From: Ginkgo biloba
Taxonomy: Eukaryota > Plantae > Ginkgophyta
Direction: 5' to 3'
Assembly: GCA_024626585.2 (NCBI GenBank)
Contig: JANKJI020000002.1
Location: 217,461,839-217,480,769, forward strand
DNA length: 18,931 nt
Shown here: positions 1 through 9,161 of the stretch, one piece after another
Layout: each line of letters starts with the position of its first letter
Position numbering within the stretch: the first letter of the stretch is position 1
Notes under the pieces: model-generated
Databases searched by the model: none
Told to the model about the DNA's origin: nothing
Seen by the model: the letters and a program-made list of their open reading frames with translations, nothing else
Program-made: the position numbers and the translations under genes

Positions 1-796
1 GATGTTTCAACATTCCATCAACCAAGAGATGTCACTGTATTGGAAAGTTCAACTTATTTGCAGGATTCTCTTTAAATTTGTATCGCTATCAACCTTCATG
101 TCTGGAATCACCAAGTTCCTGATCCTCAATGAAATTAATCAGGTGAGTTAGTTTCACATAACTTCTCATATACTCTACTAACTGAGGTTTAAAATGCTCA
201 ACTGGGAGCAAAAATGAAGGCAATTTGAATCCCTTGAGCTCTACCATATCAAAACCTAGAGCCCCCTTTACTTCAATTAGAACAGACCTTAAGAAAATTT
301 GACTATTGCTGTTCCTCAAAATAAAAAGGTTACTTTGTTTCTGTTACGATTTAGGAAACCTTTCATAGAGGGGTGTGTTTCTTGACACAACTTTTATGAA
401 AAGCTGAGCACACGCTTAACTTCATCTAGTTATAAAACAGTTTTTTGACAGAGATAGATGAATTTTTAAAGTCACAGGGTTTTATTATATGTCACATGAA
501 CTTGCACTCTGCCTAATCTGTATCTCAGTAGGTTACTTTTCGCAACTGTTTCGCATAGTTCAAGTTTAAACACAAATACAAAACCATTGACATACAACGT
601 GCTTGAAACCTGATAAAGTGCATTATTGTATGCTTACTTTTGGATTTGACTTGCAGAAATCCATCATATTAATATTCCATTTGATCGTGGATGTTATTAA
701 TAACAGATGAGTACTGCCAATAAAGGACTAACTTGCTCACTAATGATCCTTAATTTGGAATACAGTTCAGTATTAAAAACACATAGAAGATTCTAT

Positions 797-904
797 AGAC
801 AAGCAATCTCTGGCAAACAAAGAGAAATACATATATCAAATAGAAGGCTTAGAATGGGTAGCTCAATTTCTGATTGTACTTGAAAACAGAGAGATTGCTT
901 GTCT
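797..904. repeat. Perfect 15-bp inverted repeat with 78-nt spacer
   Basis: AGACAAGCAATCTCT (797-811) and its reverse complement AGAGATTGCTTGTCT (890-904). Confidence 0.85.
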
Positions 905-1218
905 GGTCTCTCAGAAGGATGAACCTCAATGGAAAGGAAACAGAAACACATTTATAAGAAACATTAAAGGGAAAAACAAGAAATTAATTTTAGATTTTTT
1001 TTTTTATGCCATAATTATCAATGTACNNNNNNNNNNNNNNNNNNNNNNNNNNNATGTCAGACAACAAGGTTTCATGGCTAAAATACGAAGCTGGAATGCT
1101 CATCAAAGCTCAAAACTAATTGGTCCTGCTTGCAATCTTGATAGTCCATCATTAATACTAAAATCAGCTTCAACGACTTGTCACAAAATGGTTTTGGATA
1201 CTCGAAGTCAGGACTGTA

Positions 1219-1232
1219 CTAATAAAATCGCT
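1219..1232 (-). CDS. Next exon, giving ...VSQ-ERFY-stop (true terminus, or a premature TAG)
   Basis: Splicing 1323 to 1232 gives G|AG CGA TTT TAT TAG. The same frame stays open for ~45 further codons (YSPDFEYPKPFCDK...), so the TAG could be a CAG>TAG mutation. Confidence 0.45.
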
Positions 1233-1322
1233 CTGATGAAAATGAAAGTGAAAAGCAGGAGTTAAAAATATATCCATATGGAACCATAAGTGAGCTATAG
1301 GGAATGTGAAACTGGAGCATAC
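1233..1322 (-). other. 90-bp GT-AG spliceosomal intron
   Basis: The minus strand reads GTATGC...TTTTTAACTCCTGCTTTTCACTTTCATTTTCATCAG, i.e. consensus donor, U-rich tract and CAG acceptor. The length is a multiple of 3, so the ORF track reads through it as MLQFHIPY...SFS. Confidence 0.75.
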
Positions 1323-2232
1323 CTTGAGAAACATTGATGTGTTCAGCCTTGCAACAATCTGGATCAGGATGTTCTATGTCTAAATCTTCACTCTGGTTAT
1401 ACTCTTCTTGCGTTGCCAAAGCAGAAGGTTCTCTTTGCATCTCCAAGTTGCTCTCATGAGCAAGGGAAGGTGCCGCTTCAGTTTGAGAGCTCATGTTACC
1501 ATCATGTAGGTTATCTACCTTTCCTTCTTGAGTAGAGTTATCATCAATTGAAACTACCACATCAGAAGAGCAGCAATCAGCTCTAACTGACAGTAAATTA
1601 CAATCATTGCCTATGCTTTCTTTATCTTGTTCACGAGGTTGCACTATGCCTTGCATGGGTTGAGCAACTGCATCTCCAACTTGTTCAAAACAAGAGCATT
1701 CATTCTCAGATGTATTTGAGCTTTCAATGGAACCACATCTCTGATCCTGTGTTTCAAATTTTGAAACAGCATCCAATGGGCAGCAGTGCTCTTGATTTGC
1801 TGTTTCCAATGCAAGTGCACCCGGCATTTTTGCATCCATTTCAGTTACTAGAGAGTCATCTTGCAGAGGTGAAACTGACTCCAGTGAAATACTAATAAAA
1901 TCTTTCCCCATAACAGTTTCTGAACCTCCAATTTGATGTGCATCAATTGGACCTTCAGCTGCAGCTGCAGTATGCTCTGAAGATCCAAACTTGGTGCCAT
2001 TTTTACTTTCGAAAACATCTATAAAGGAATCAAGAATAGCATTATCACTATAAACTCGAATTTGACGTGTCTCACTCTGCACGCCAGTAGTTGAAGTAAA
2101 TACACCAAATGGCACTTTCATGTTAGTGCTATTAGTAAAGTTCTCTGTGTCCAGTTTCCTACAGCTTGTTTGACGTAAAACCCTGGTTTCTGTCTGTTTT
2201 GTTGATCCTGCATCACTCACTTGTGAAGTTGA
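1323..2232 (-). CDS. Large host-like coding exon (acidic, Ser/Asp/Glu/Cys-rich, probably disordered region of an unidentified plant protein); 5' end abuts retrotransposon gag
   Basis: About 300 stop-free codons (ORF 1219..2244) in otherwise stop-riddled DNA, with low-complexity composition typical of large plant exons. It ends at a consensus donor CAAG|GTATGC (GT at 1322-1321, phase 1). Confidence 0.7.
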
Positions 2233-3600
2233 AGCATTGGGCAAATAGTCATGGGTGAGACCAATTTGTGAGAGGGATGCATCGATAATCTAGTCTTTGC
2301 TTGTGGAATCTTCTTTATCAACAAGGACTAACAACAATACCTGGTACCCAATTTTAGGCAACAAACTATCTACAAACCACTTGGTATCTTGGTAGGGCTC
2401 AATGTAAGCTTTGCATTGCTCACATGCCATATGCCAATTGTGGACATGGGTGGTGAGATGGCTATTAAGTGCCTGCCTTATTTTCATAAGAAGACCTAAA
2501 CTAGTCTTTTCTTGTGTGGGAACCTCAAACTAGATTATAAATCTTTGAATGAGATCCTCAAAATAAAAAATGAAGGAAATAATAAGGTTAACAATCTATC
2601 ATGTCACATTTTCAATCAATGATTCTGAGAAAAGATTCAACTAAACTAGAGTTTATATATATGCATTAGCTATGCACTAGATGTAATAGGCCATAACATG
2701 GTTTGTGGGATCCTCTCCTGCTTGCACTTGGAATTTGAGCATACGAGCAAGGATATTATTAAGAAGAGGTAGCCATGCATGATCATGAAGGATTGGGCCA
2801 TGTAGCAGGGAACACACATTATGTGCGCCTAAGTTGCAAAAAAATGGAATCTTAGTGTCTCTCGTTGAAGAAGCTATAGTGGCAATGCTAGAGGATTTTG
2901 TTGAGGTCCTTGTGGAGGGCTTTGATGAGGACTATTTGAAAGTGGCGCATTGCCATGGATGAAAAATACAAAGTGCTAAGTGGTGGACTACATACAAGCG
3001 GTGGTAGTCCTCATAGTTGTCACGAGAACCTAGTGGGATGATTTATGATTACTCAATGGCAACTTGCCCCAAGTGATTGAGCAATAAATGGCGCAGTCAA
3101 CCCTAAGTATGAATGAACTTCTAATCAAAATAGGAACAAATGGGTCTTTGGGTTGAATGAGTTATTTTTCCAATGAAAAGAATATCCAAAATTGTAGAAG
3201 TCATCACTGTTTGGGTGTCAAATCAATGATTTGGCAAATATAGGCAACTACCCACAATGTGAATTAAGAGTTAATGGGTGGGAAGGACACTACAATTGTG
3301 GCTACTAATTAGAATGAAGTGGATTTACAACTTGACTTTACATAGCCAAGCTATGATGACAATTGTTGGTAATTGGTGTGAATAGATAAAATGCCAATGA
3401 AGATTGTTAAACGGTGAAATGAGTGGTCAGCAATAACTATGTCCCAAGAAGTAAGTTAAAAGTGATGTGGCATGATGAATGGATGAAGGTAGCCAATTGG
3501 GCAATGACAACATCGATGGTCCTATAAATTATGGTAGTAGGTGTTTATTGCAAGCAATTCTTGTAGGCTAGTGAAAGCCAAGGGTCCAATTTGTCGCCAC
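2233..3600 (-). mobile_element. gag: Decayed gag of a Ty3/gypsy (Tat-like, gymnosperm-type) LTR retrotransposon
   Basis: Manual translation: LHGPILHDHAWLPLLNNILARMLKFQVQAGEDPTNHVMAYYI*CIANAYI*TLV*LNLFSESL...FEDLIQRFII*FEVPTQEKTSLGLLMKIRQALNSHLTTHVHNW...KAYIEPYQDTKWFVDSLLPKIG...SKD*IIDASLSQIGLTHDYLPNA. This is colinear with the conifer gypsy gag motifs I recall (DP..HDP.WP, PKF.G..GEDP..HV, WF..SLLP, Q..D....QSG.LY..LPDA). It has many stops. The 5' boundary is approximate. Confidence 0.8.
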
Positions 3601-3837
3601 TCAAAACTCAAAGTTGGATTGGGTATGCCCAGGGAATCTCAAGGACTCTAGAAGCATTCAATGAGTGATTTTGGTGATGAAATCCATACAATCCTCATGG
3701 AAAAAGCTCAAGACATGGGGCTAGGTAGCCCATGTAGGAAGGCTTTCACCATCTTGGTGATGAAATCCAAGTATGTTCAACTAAAAATCAAGTTGCACAC
3801 GTAATTATGGTTATATGGCCGCCTAAANNNNNNNNNN

Positions 3838-4100
3838 TGTTTGGCACTTGGTTGGATCTTTCAAGCGTCTTGAAGATACCTTGGACCCCACTTAAGGTCT
3901 ATCCCTTATGCCAAAACAACCCAAAGACTTCTAACTGATAGCCTAAGTTAGCCTACAAAGCTAACCTCTACCTTTTATAAGTTTAGTTTCTAGGAAGGCT
4001 TCACTCCCGTGCATGCCCTGTTAACCAATGTTGTAGGTGTGCCTAAAAACAAAAATGGTTGTTTCTAATAGCTTTTGTTAACAATTTTTATGTCTCACTA
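3838..4100 (-). repeat. Probable (short or deleted) 5' LTR of the Tat-like element
   Basis: Lies upstream of gag. It ends in ...CCAAACA (plus TGTTTGG at 3838), followed after a 10-N gap by TTTAGGCGGCC (degenerate TGGCGCC-type PBS). It contains a TATA-like CTTATAAAAGG (plus 3971-3981), and plus-strand ACAATTTTTATGTCTCA near 4081-4097 resembles an LTR terminus. Confidence 0.45.
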
Positions 4101-5289
4101 ATANNNNNNNNNNNNNNNNNNNNNNNNNNNNNNNNNNNNNNNNNNNNNNNNNNNNNNNNNCACTAGATTTAACTTGAAAAAGACAAGTTTACAAAATAAA
4201 TATAGAAATACAATTCTTCTTTTTTTTTTAATATATCTTTCCAATTATTCACATGAAAAACAAACAGAGTTGTTAGACAATTGATAGATTCTAGACGAAG
4301 AATCGAGCATTTCCAAAAAAAGTAAAATTCTTCTTCTCTCTATATTCAAAATATTGTGCAAAGTTCTACACTAGTCAAGTTGTATCAATNNNNNNNNNNN
4401 NNNNNNNNNNNNNNNNNNNNCAGTCAAGTTCTATCAGTGCATAAAAAATTCTTGTTTTTAGAGTAATGCACTTATTAGAGATGATGAATGTATTTGTATG
4501 CAAACACAAATCCCAATAATAGAATTTTGCAAATTCTAGTCTTTCTCAAAGCCTAAAATGGTAGCTTAAAATCGTGTTTGTCTTTAATTTCATGAGTCTC
4601 ACACTGTGGAGATGAATAAGTGCTAAAACTGAGAGGAAAATAATTCCACTCCCAATCCATACTTGTGAGAGACAAATGAATGATTGAAACTATGACTTTG
4701 AAGAATCAATGGGAACAAATCCCTAGTATGGTTGCCAATTTGTTGGGGATGGACCAAAGACCAACAACAACCAACCACCTCTAGCAAGTGGGAAAAGACT
4801 TTATGAAATGTGTTAACTAATGTAACANNNNNNNNNNNNNNNNNNNNNNNNNNNNNNNNNNNNNNNNNNNNNNNNNNNNNNNNNNNNNNNNNNNNNNNNN
4901 NNNNNNNNNNNNNNNNNNNNNNNNNNNNNNNNNNNNNNNNNNNNNNNNNCGTGAGACTAGTTGTAAGATCTAGGGTTGAAACCATTGGTTGTACTACCAA
5001 GGCTAGTGGATGGGTGACAAAGCAAACTCAAGAGATTGGTGGAAGAGACGTCAATTGGAAAGTGTGCACTAGTGATGATATAATTCAAGTTATCTATGAA
5101 CAAATTGAATGTGATTGCAAATTCAACTAAGCACCTAATGACATTTCTCTGTAATAGATTGCTAAGGGAAAATATGTTTGGATCATGTATTGTAATCTCA
5201 ATATTTTTTAACTAATCTATGTAATATATTTTTTGAATGAAGACAAATTCAACTAATTATAATAGTCATATGGGTACATATTAGGAAAC

Positions 5290-5639
5290 ATGATGCAAGC
5301 AGATCGGTCAATTTCTCCGCAAGCCTATCAGTTACAACAAAACTGACAACGATGACATAAATCGACACCGACGCAACCTGCCTTCTAGGATCTCAACGAT
5401 AGACCCACCGACGACGTCGACGAATCCCTTCTCAAGATGTTGCGGTCTATCATGTCGGTTATGCTCTTCGACACAAATGTTTAAACACTAAATCAAAACT
5501 CAAAACCAGCGGACCTGCAATACAAAGAAAGAGTGCATAAGACAGAACATTCAAACATACAAAAAGCACAGACACAATCTTTTAACTAGAGAAACCCTTG
5601 TAGGGAATAAAACTCCAGGTACATTACAATAGCCTCAAT
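5290..5639 (-). repeat. LTR-like retroelement segment, relatively CpG-rich with (C/T)CGAC(A/G) motifs
   Basis: Directly follows the integrase tail. The minus strand TTTTATTCCCTACAAGGGTTTCTCTAGTTAAAAGATTGTGTCTGTGC resembles plant LTR U5 sequence. CCGAC/TCGAC motifs are clustered at 5343-5473. Confidence 0.45.
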
Positions 5640-5961
5640 GACTGTCTAGCACTCCTTCGATTAGCTCTTTCTTCTTCCTTGGCACTTGTCGCTACCAGTC
5701 AACCACCGCTTCCTTTGGTCGATCATCACCCTGAAATTGATATAGATCTACAATATTAAAAACGAGTGAGACATCATTTTCTGTCGGCAAGTCCACTTCA
5801 TAAGCATTCTCATTTATCTTCATGACTATTCGACATGGTCCAATTTTCCTATACTTCAACTTATTGTAGGTTCCTGTTGGAAATCTATCTTTTTCAGGAA
5901 CAACATAACCATGTCTCCGACTTCAAATTCCTTGTGTCGGCGATGTCGATTTGTAGTAGTC
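5640..5961 (-). mobile_element. pol: Ty3/gypsy chromovirus (CRM-like) integrase C-terminal GPY/F region, pseudogenised
   Basis: NRHRRHKEFEVGDMVMLFLK/(frameshift ~5890)DRFPTGTYNKLKYRKIGPCRIVMKINENAYEVDLPTENDVSLVFNIVDLYQF...VDW*RQVPRKKKELIEGVLDSH shows the classic F.VGD.V...L..ERFP....KL....GP..I..KIN.NAY..LP......FNV.DL motif. Confidence 0.9.
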
Positions 5962-6061
5962 NNNNNNNNNNNNNNNNNNNNNNNNNNNNNNNNNNNNNNN
6001 NNNNNNNNNNNNNNNNNNNNNNNNNNNNNNNNNNNNNNNNNNNNNNNNNNNNNNNNNNNNN

Positions 6062-6366
6062 ACCGCAATGCTCCTACATCACAACGTAATGTAGTTACAA
6101 TAGCTACCTTGAAAGGAAGAAAGATGTCTTTGATAATTTTCATCGGTGTCTTGTGGTTATAACCTACAATTTTGGAGCTACATACTCTTGTGTTCATGAC
6201 TCGTATACGTTTTTTGTGAAACAAGTGAATCCCATTTGGATAATATCTAATAGAGTTAGTTGTATGTTAGTGCATAGAAGTTGATACCTCTATAAAATGG
6301 ACAAGTTATGTGAAATCCCAATGCAAACATTGTATTTTAAGAGGATGGCAACACTAGTCTCCTATG
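6062..6366 (+). pseudogene. Possible decayed SWIM zinc-finger (MULE/Mutator-like transposase) remnant
   Basis: 6265-6330 translates VVC*CIEVDTSIKWTSYVKSQCKHCI, fitting CxC-x16-CxH with a TAG at the x position. No DDE domain is seen. Confidence 0.3.
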
Positions 6367-6794
6367 GTGTTTAGTTAGTATTGTTTGATACAACACTATT
6401 AGGCTCTTTATCTTGTGACTAGTTATTATCTAAATTAATGCTAGTGTTCAACATAAATAAAAAATGTGCTTGCAACTCTTGTTCTATTGGACAATGCAAT
6501 GAAGCCTTTGTTTTAATTTTCCAACAATAAACATTTCATTGAATTCATGCAATGATTAGGCATGTTGTTTTTAGTCGAGCCAACTTAGTCGAAAAAACCT
6601 AATGTTGAGGTTTTTATGCTTTTCAGATACTATGCTTTTGGTTTTTTATATACTTAGTTTTGGAATGGACCGAATTCAATAGAAGGAAGTTTGTCAAAGT
6701 CTATGTAGACTATGCAAATGCAAAATATCCAATGTTGTTGCTTTTGCTACATATAAACTAATAAAGGGATTCTAATATATTTTTCTCCTTGTAG

Positions 6795-7014
6795 GAAATT
6801 AGTGAGTTGGACTCAACATTGCAAGAAAATGCTCTTTCACTTCCAAATATTGAGGCAGATTCTAAAAAGATCTTTCGCTGTCAGAAGCTCCAAATGGATA
6901 ATACTTTGGAGGCATTACTTGAATCTTTCAAATATTTGTGCATTGATGATGAAATGTGCTTGCCAGTTGTGAATGGATTAAAGAAACAAATAGCATCAAT
7001 ATTCAAAGAAGCCG
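6795..7014 (+). CDS. Putative exon, helical-looking peptide EISELDSTLQENAL...LKKQIASIFKEA (host gene or C-terminal exon of the SWIM/MULE remnant)
   Basis: Strong acceptor TTTTTCTCCTTGTAG|G at 6794, 73 open codons in phase 0, and a weaker donor GCCG|GTACTA at 7015. Confidence 0.45.
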
Positions 7015-8684
7015 GTACTACTTTTCTTTCATTACTTAAAATGTCATGATGGAAATTGGAGCCAATCTACAAACTAATTAGTACCCACTATGAAACACCA
7101 TAAAAAAAATTGTGGCTAACTTGTACAATACTTTCAGAAGTTCATATATTTCAAGTTTTGGCAATGTTCTCCAAAATGGAATTTCTTAAATTAGAGAGTT
7201 TTTGTATGTTACAACCAAGCTTAACCTTCGAGGATGGTAGTGAATTTAAATTAGCAAATGTGGTTTGTCTTAATTAAGGGTGACTTGAAAAAAAAATAGC
7301 TCCCATGGTGCTAGGAAAAACTTTAAGGAGTGGATTATTTTATATCAACATATCCATTTGGTGAATATTTTTAATGTATAAGATATAAAATATATATGTT
7401 AAAGGCAAAATCTTCTAATAAATACAAGTTTTCCCTTTAAAATNNNNNNNNNNNNNNNNNNNNNNNNNNNNNNNNNNNNNNNNNNNNNNNNNNNNNNNNN
7501 NNNNNNNNNNNNNNNNNNNNNNNNNNNNNNNNNNNNNNNNNNNNNAAAATTTGTCAAATATAGTAATTGGGCTATAAATAGCCAATAAGGTTTTCCTTGA
7601 TGGTGACTAACATGACACCCTACTCCAAGAAACTTATTTCTGCAATCCTAAAGTTTACAATCCCCTATACATGCATACATGACTAAAAATTCAAATTTCA
7701 GAGTAATTGTGTGTACATTAATTTATGATAGCATGTTGAAATAAATGCAAAAAGTAGGGTTTCACTAGACATTTACAATTTACAAGAACTTATCAATTCA
7801 AATTGAAGAACTAAAGATGCCAAACCTATGTTTAGATAAAAAAGCTTTAGTTCAGCCCTTCAAAACCCTACAATTTGCTTCAGAAGGTCAAACGCAGTGC
7901 TACAAGAATGCAAAACTAATCCTTGGGTATGAGGAAGTTGTGGGACTTCTTCTAGAGATTTGAGTACTTAAGTCTCAAGCCTACAATCAAGTCGCTTGCT
8001 TCAAGAATTGTACTTCTTCTAGATGTACAATTCCAATGATGAATCTTCGGTATAAAGACTGCAATCAGTTGACTTGCCTTGTAGAAGAGATGTNNNNNNN
8101 NNNNNNNNNNNNNNNNNNNNNNNNNNNNNNNNNNNNNNNNNNNNNNNNNNNNNNNNNNNNNNNNNNNNNNNNNNNNNNNNNNNNNNNNNNNNNNNNNNNN
8201 NNNNNNNNNNNNNNNNNNNNNNNNNNNNNNNNNNNNNNNNNGCAGAATGAAGAGGCCTTAAGGAATAGATTAGAGAGATGATTTTAAGGGTTGCTTAAGC
8301 CTGGACACTCCCCTTTTATGCTAGACATTGGGCACAAACTCCCATATAACACTGAGCCTAACCTTAGGATGCTCCAAACCCTAAGAAGCCCTCTATGACA
8401 CTTTTTCACTCCAATTATTCCTTGAAGAGAGGGACCCTCAACAGGAAGACCCTCTTGGCTCTGCTCTTCAAAATTTTCTTACTCCTAAGGACCTTAGTAT
8501 GGAGTTTCATCATCATATACAATATCAGTGATCTAGCTCCATCACTTAGCATAGGCTTAGACACATCTTCCAAGGTTAATTTGAATGCATCCTCTTGGCT
8601 AACTTTGGCCCACATTTCAAGGTTAAATTTGTAGTAGTTTTTTGGGCTATAACAATCCTAGCCATATTTTAATGCTTTCCTGCA

Positions 8685-8980
8685 TATGTTGACATCACCG
8701 CATTGTCATCATGGCTACATTTATTATTGCATTTGATGCATCTTTTATAGTGATGATGTCATCTTACACTTGTTGCTACATCATCTAATTGCTAATGTCA
8801 TCATTTTGGCTATTTACATACCCTCAAGTCATCATGGTGTTGATGTCATCCCCTATTTTGTTTACATCATTTCCCTTTGATTATATCATATTTGCTATGT
8901 TTATCTCGTTATTCATCTTGAAATGCCAATTTTTCCATGTCGATACCACATCATTAATATCTTGCTAACATGTCATCGAA
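8685..8980. repeat. Cluster of short (A/T)CATCA/TGTCATC motifs, likely deaminated (TG)ACGTCA repeats of retroelement origin
   Basis: TGACATCA (8690), TGATGTCA (8754, 8841), CTACATCA (8776), TAATGTCA (8793), TTACATCA (8862), CCACATCA (8947). Confidence 0.5.
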
Positions 8981-9045
8981 CATTATTATCTTCAGTGTCC
9001 TCACTCGAGCAAGACAAGATTTTTTTTTTTAAAAGAGATCAAGTA

Positions 9046-9061
9046 TTAGGTGGGGGAAACT
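9046..9061 (+). promoter_or_regulatory. Probable polypurine tract preceding a 3' LTR start
   Basis: TAGGTGGGGGAAAC-T immediately before a 100-N gap, resembling gypsy PPT-TG junctions. Confidence 0.4.
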
Positions 9062-9161
9062 NNNNNNNNNNNNNNNNNNNNNNNNNNNNNNNNNNNNNNN
9101 NNNNNNNNNNNNNNNNNNNNNNNNNNNNNNNNNNNNNNNNNNNNNNNNNNNNNNNNNNNNN

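Noticed and set aside
89-319. 76-aa minus-strand ORF as a further exon of the minus-strand gene
   Set aside because: TTG start, unconvincing acceptor, no recognisable motif, and the upstream exon already stops at 1219. It cannot be excluded but is unsupported.
313-2569. 15-bp direct repeat TCCTCAAAATAAAAA at 313 and 2555
   Set aside because: A-rich and far apart; a match like this is plausible by chance in an AT-rich 19-kb window.
4363-4440. AGTCAAGTT(G/C)TATCA repeated either side of a 31-N run
   Set aside because: Probably a small collapsed minisatellite at an assembly gap; not interpretable.
8395-8634. Overlapping +/- ORFs of 66-79 aa
   Set aside because: They lie within LTR-like non-coding DNA and show no protein signature.
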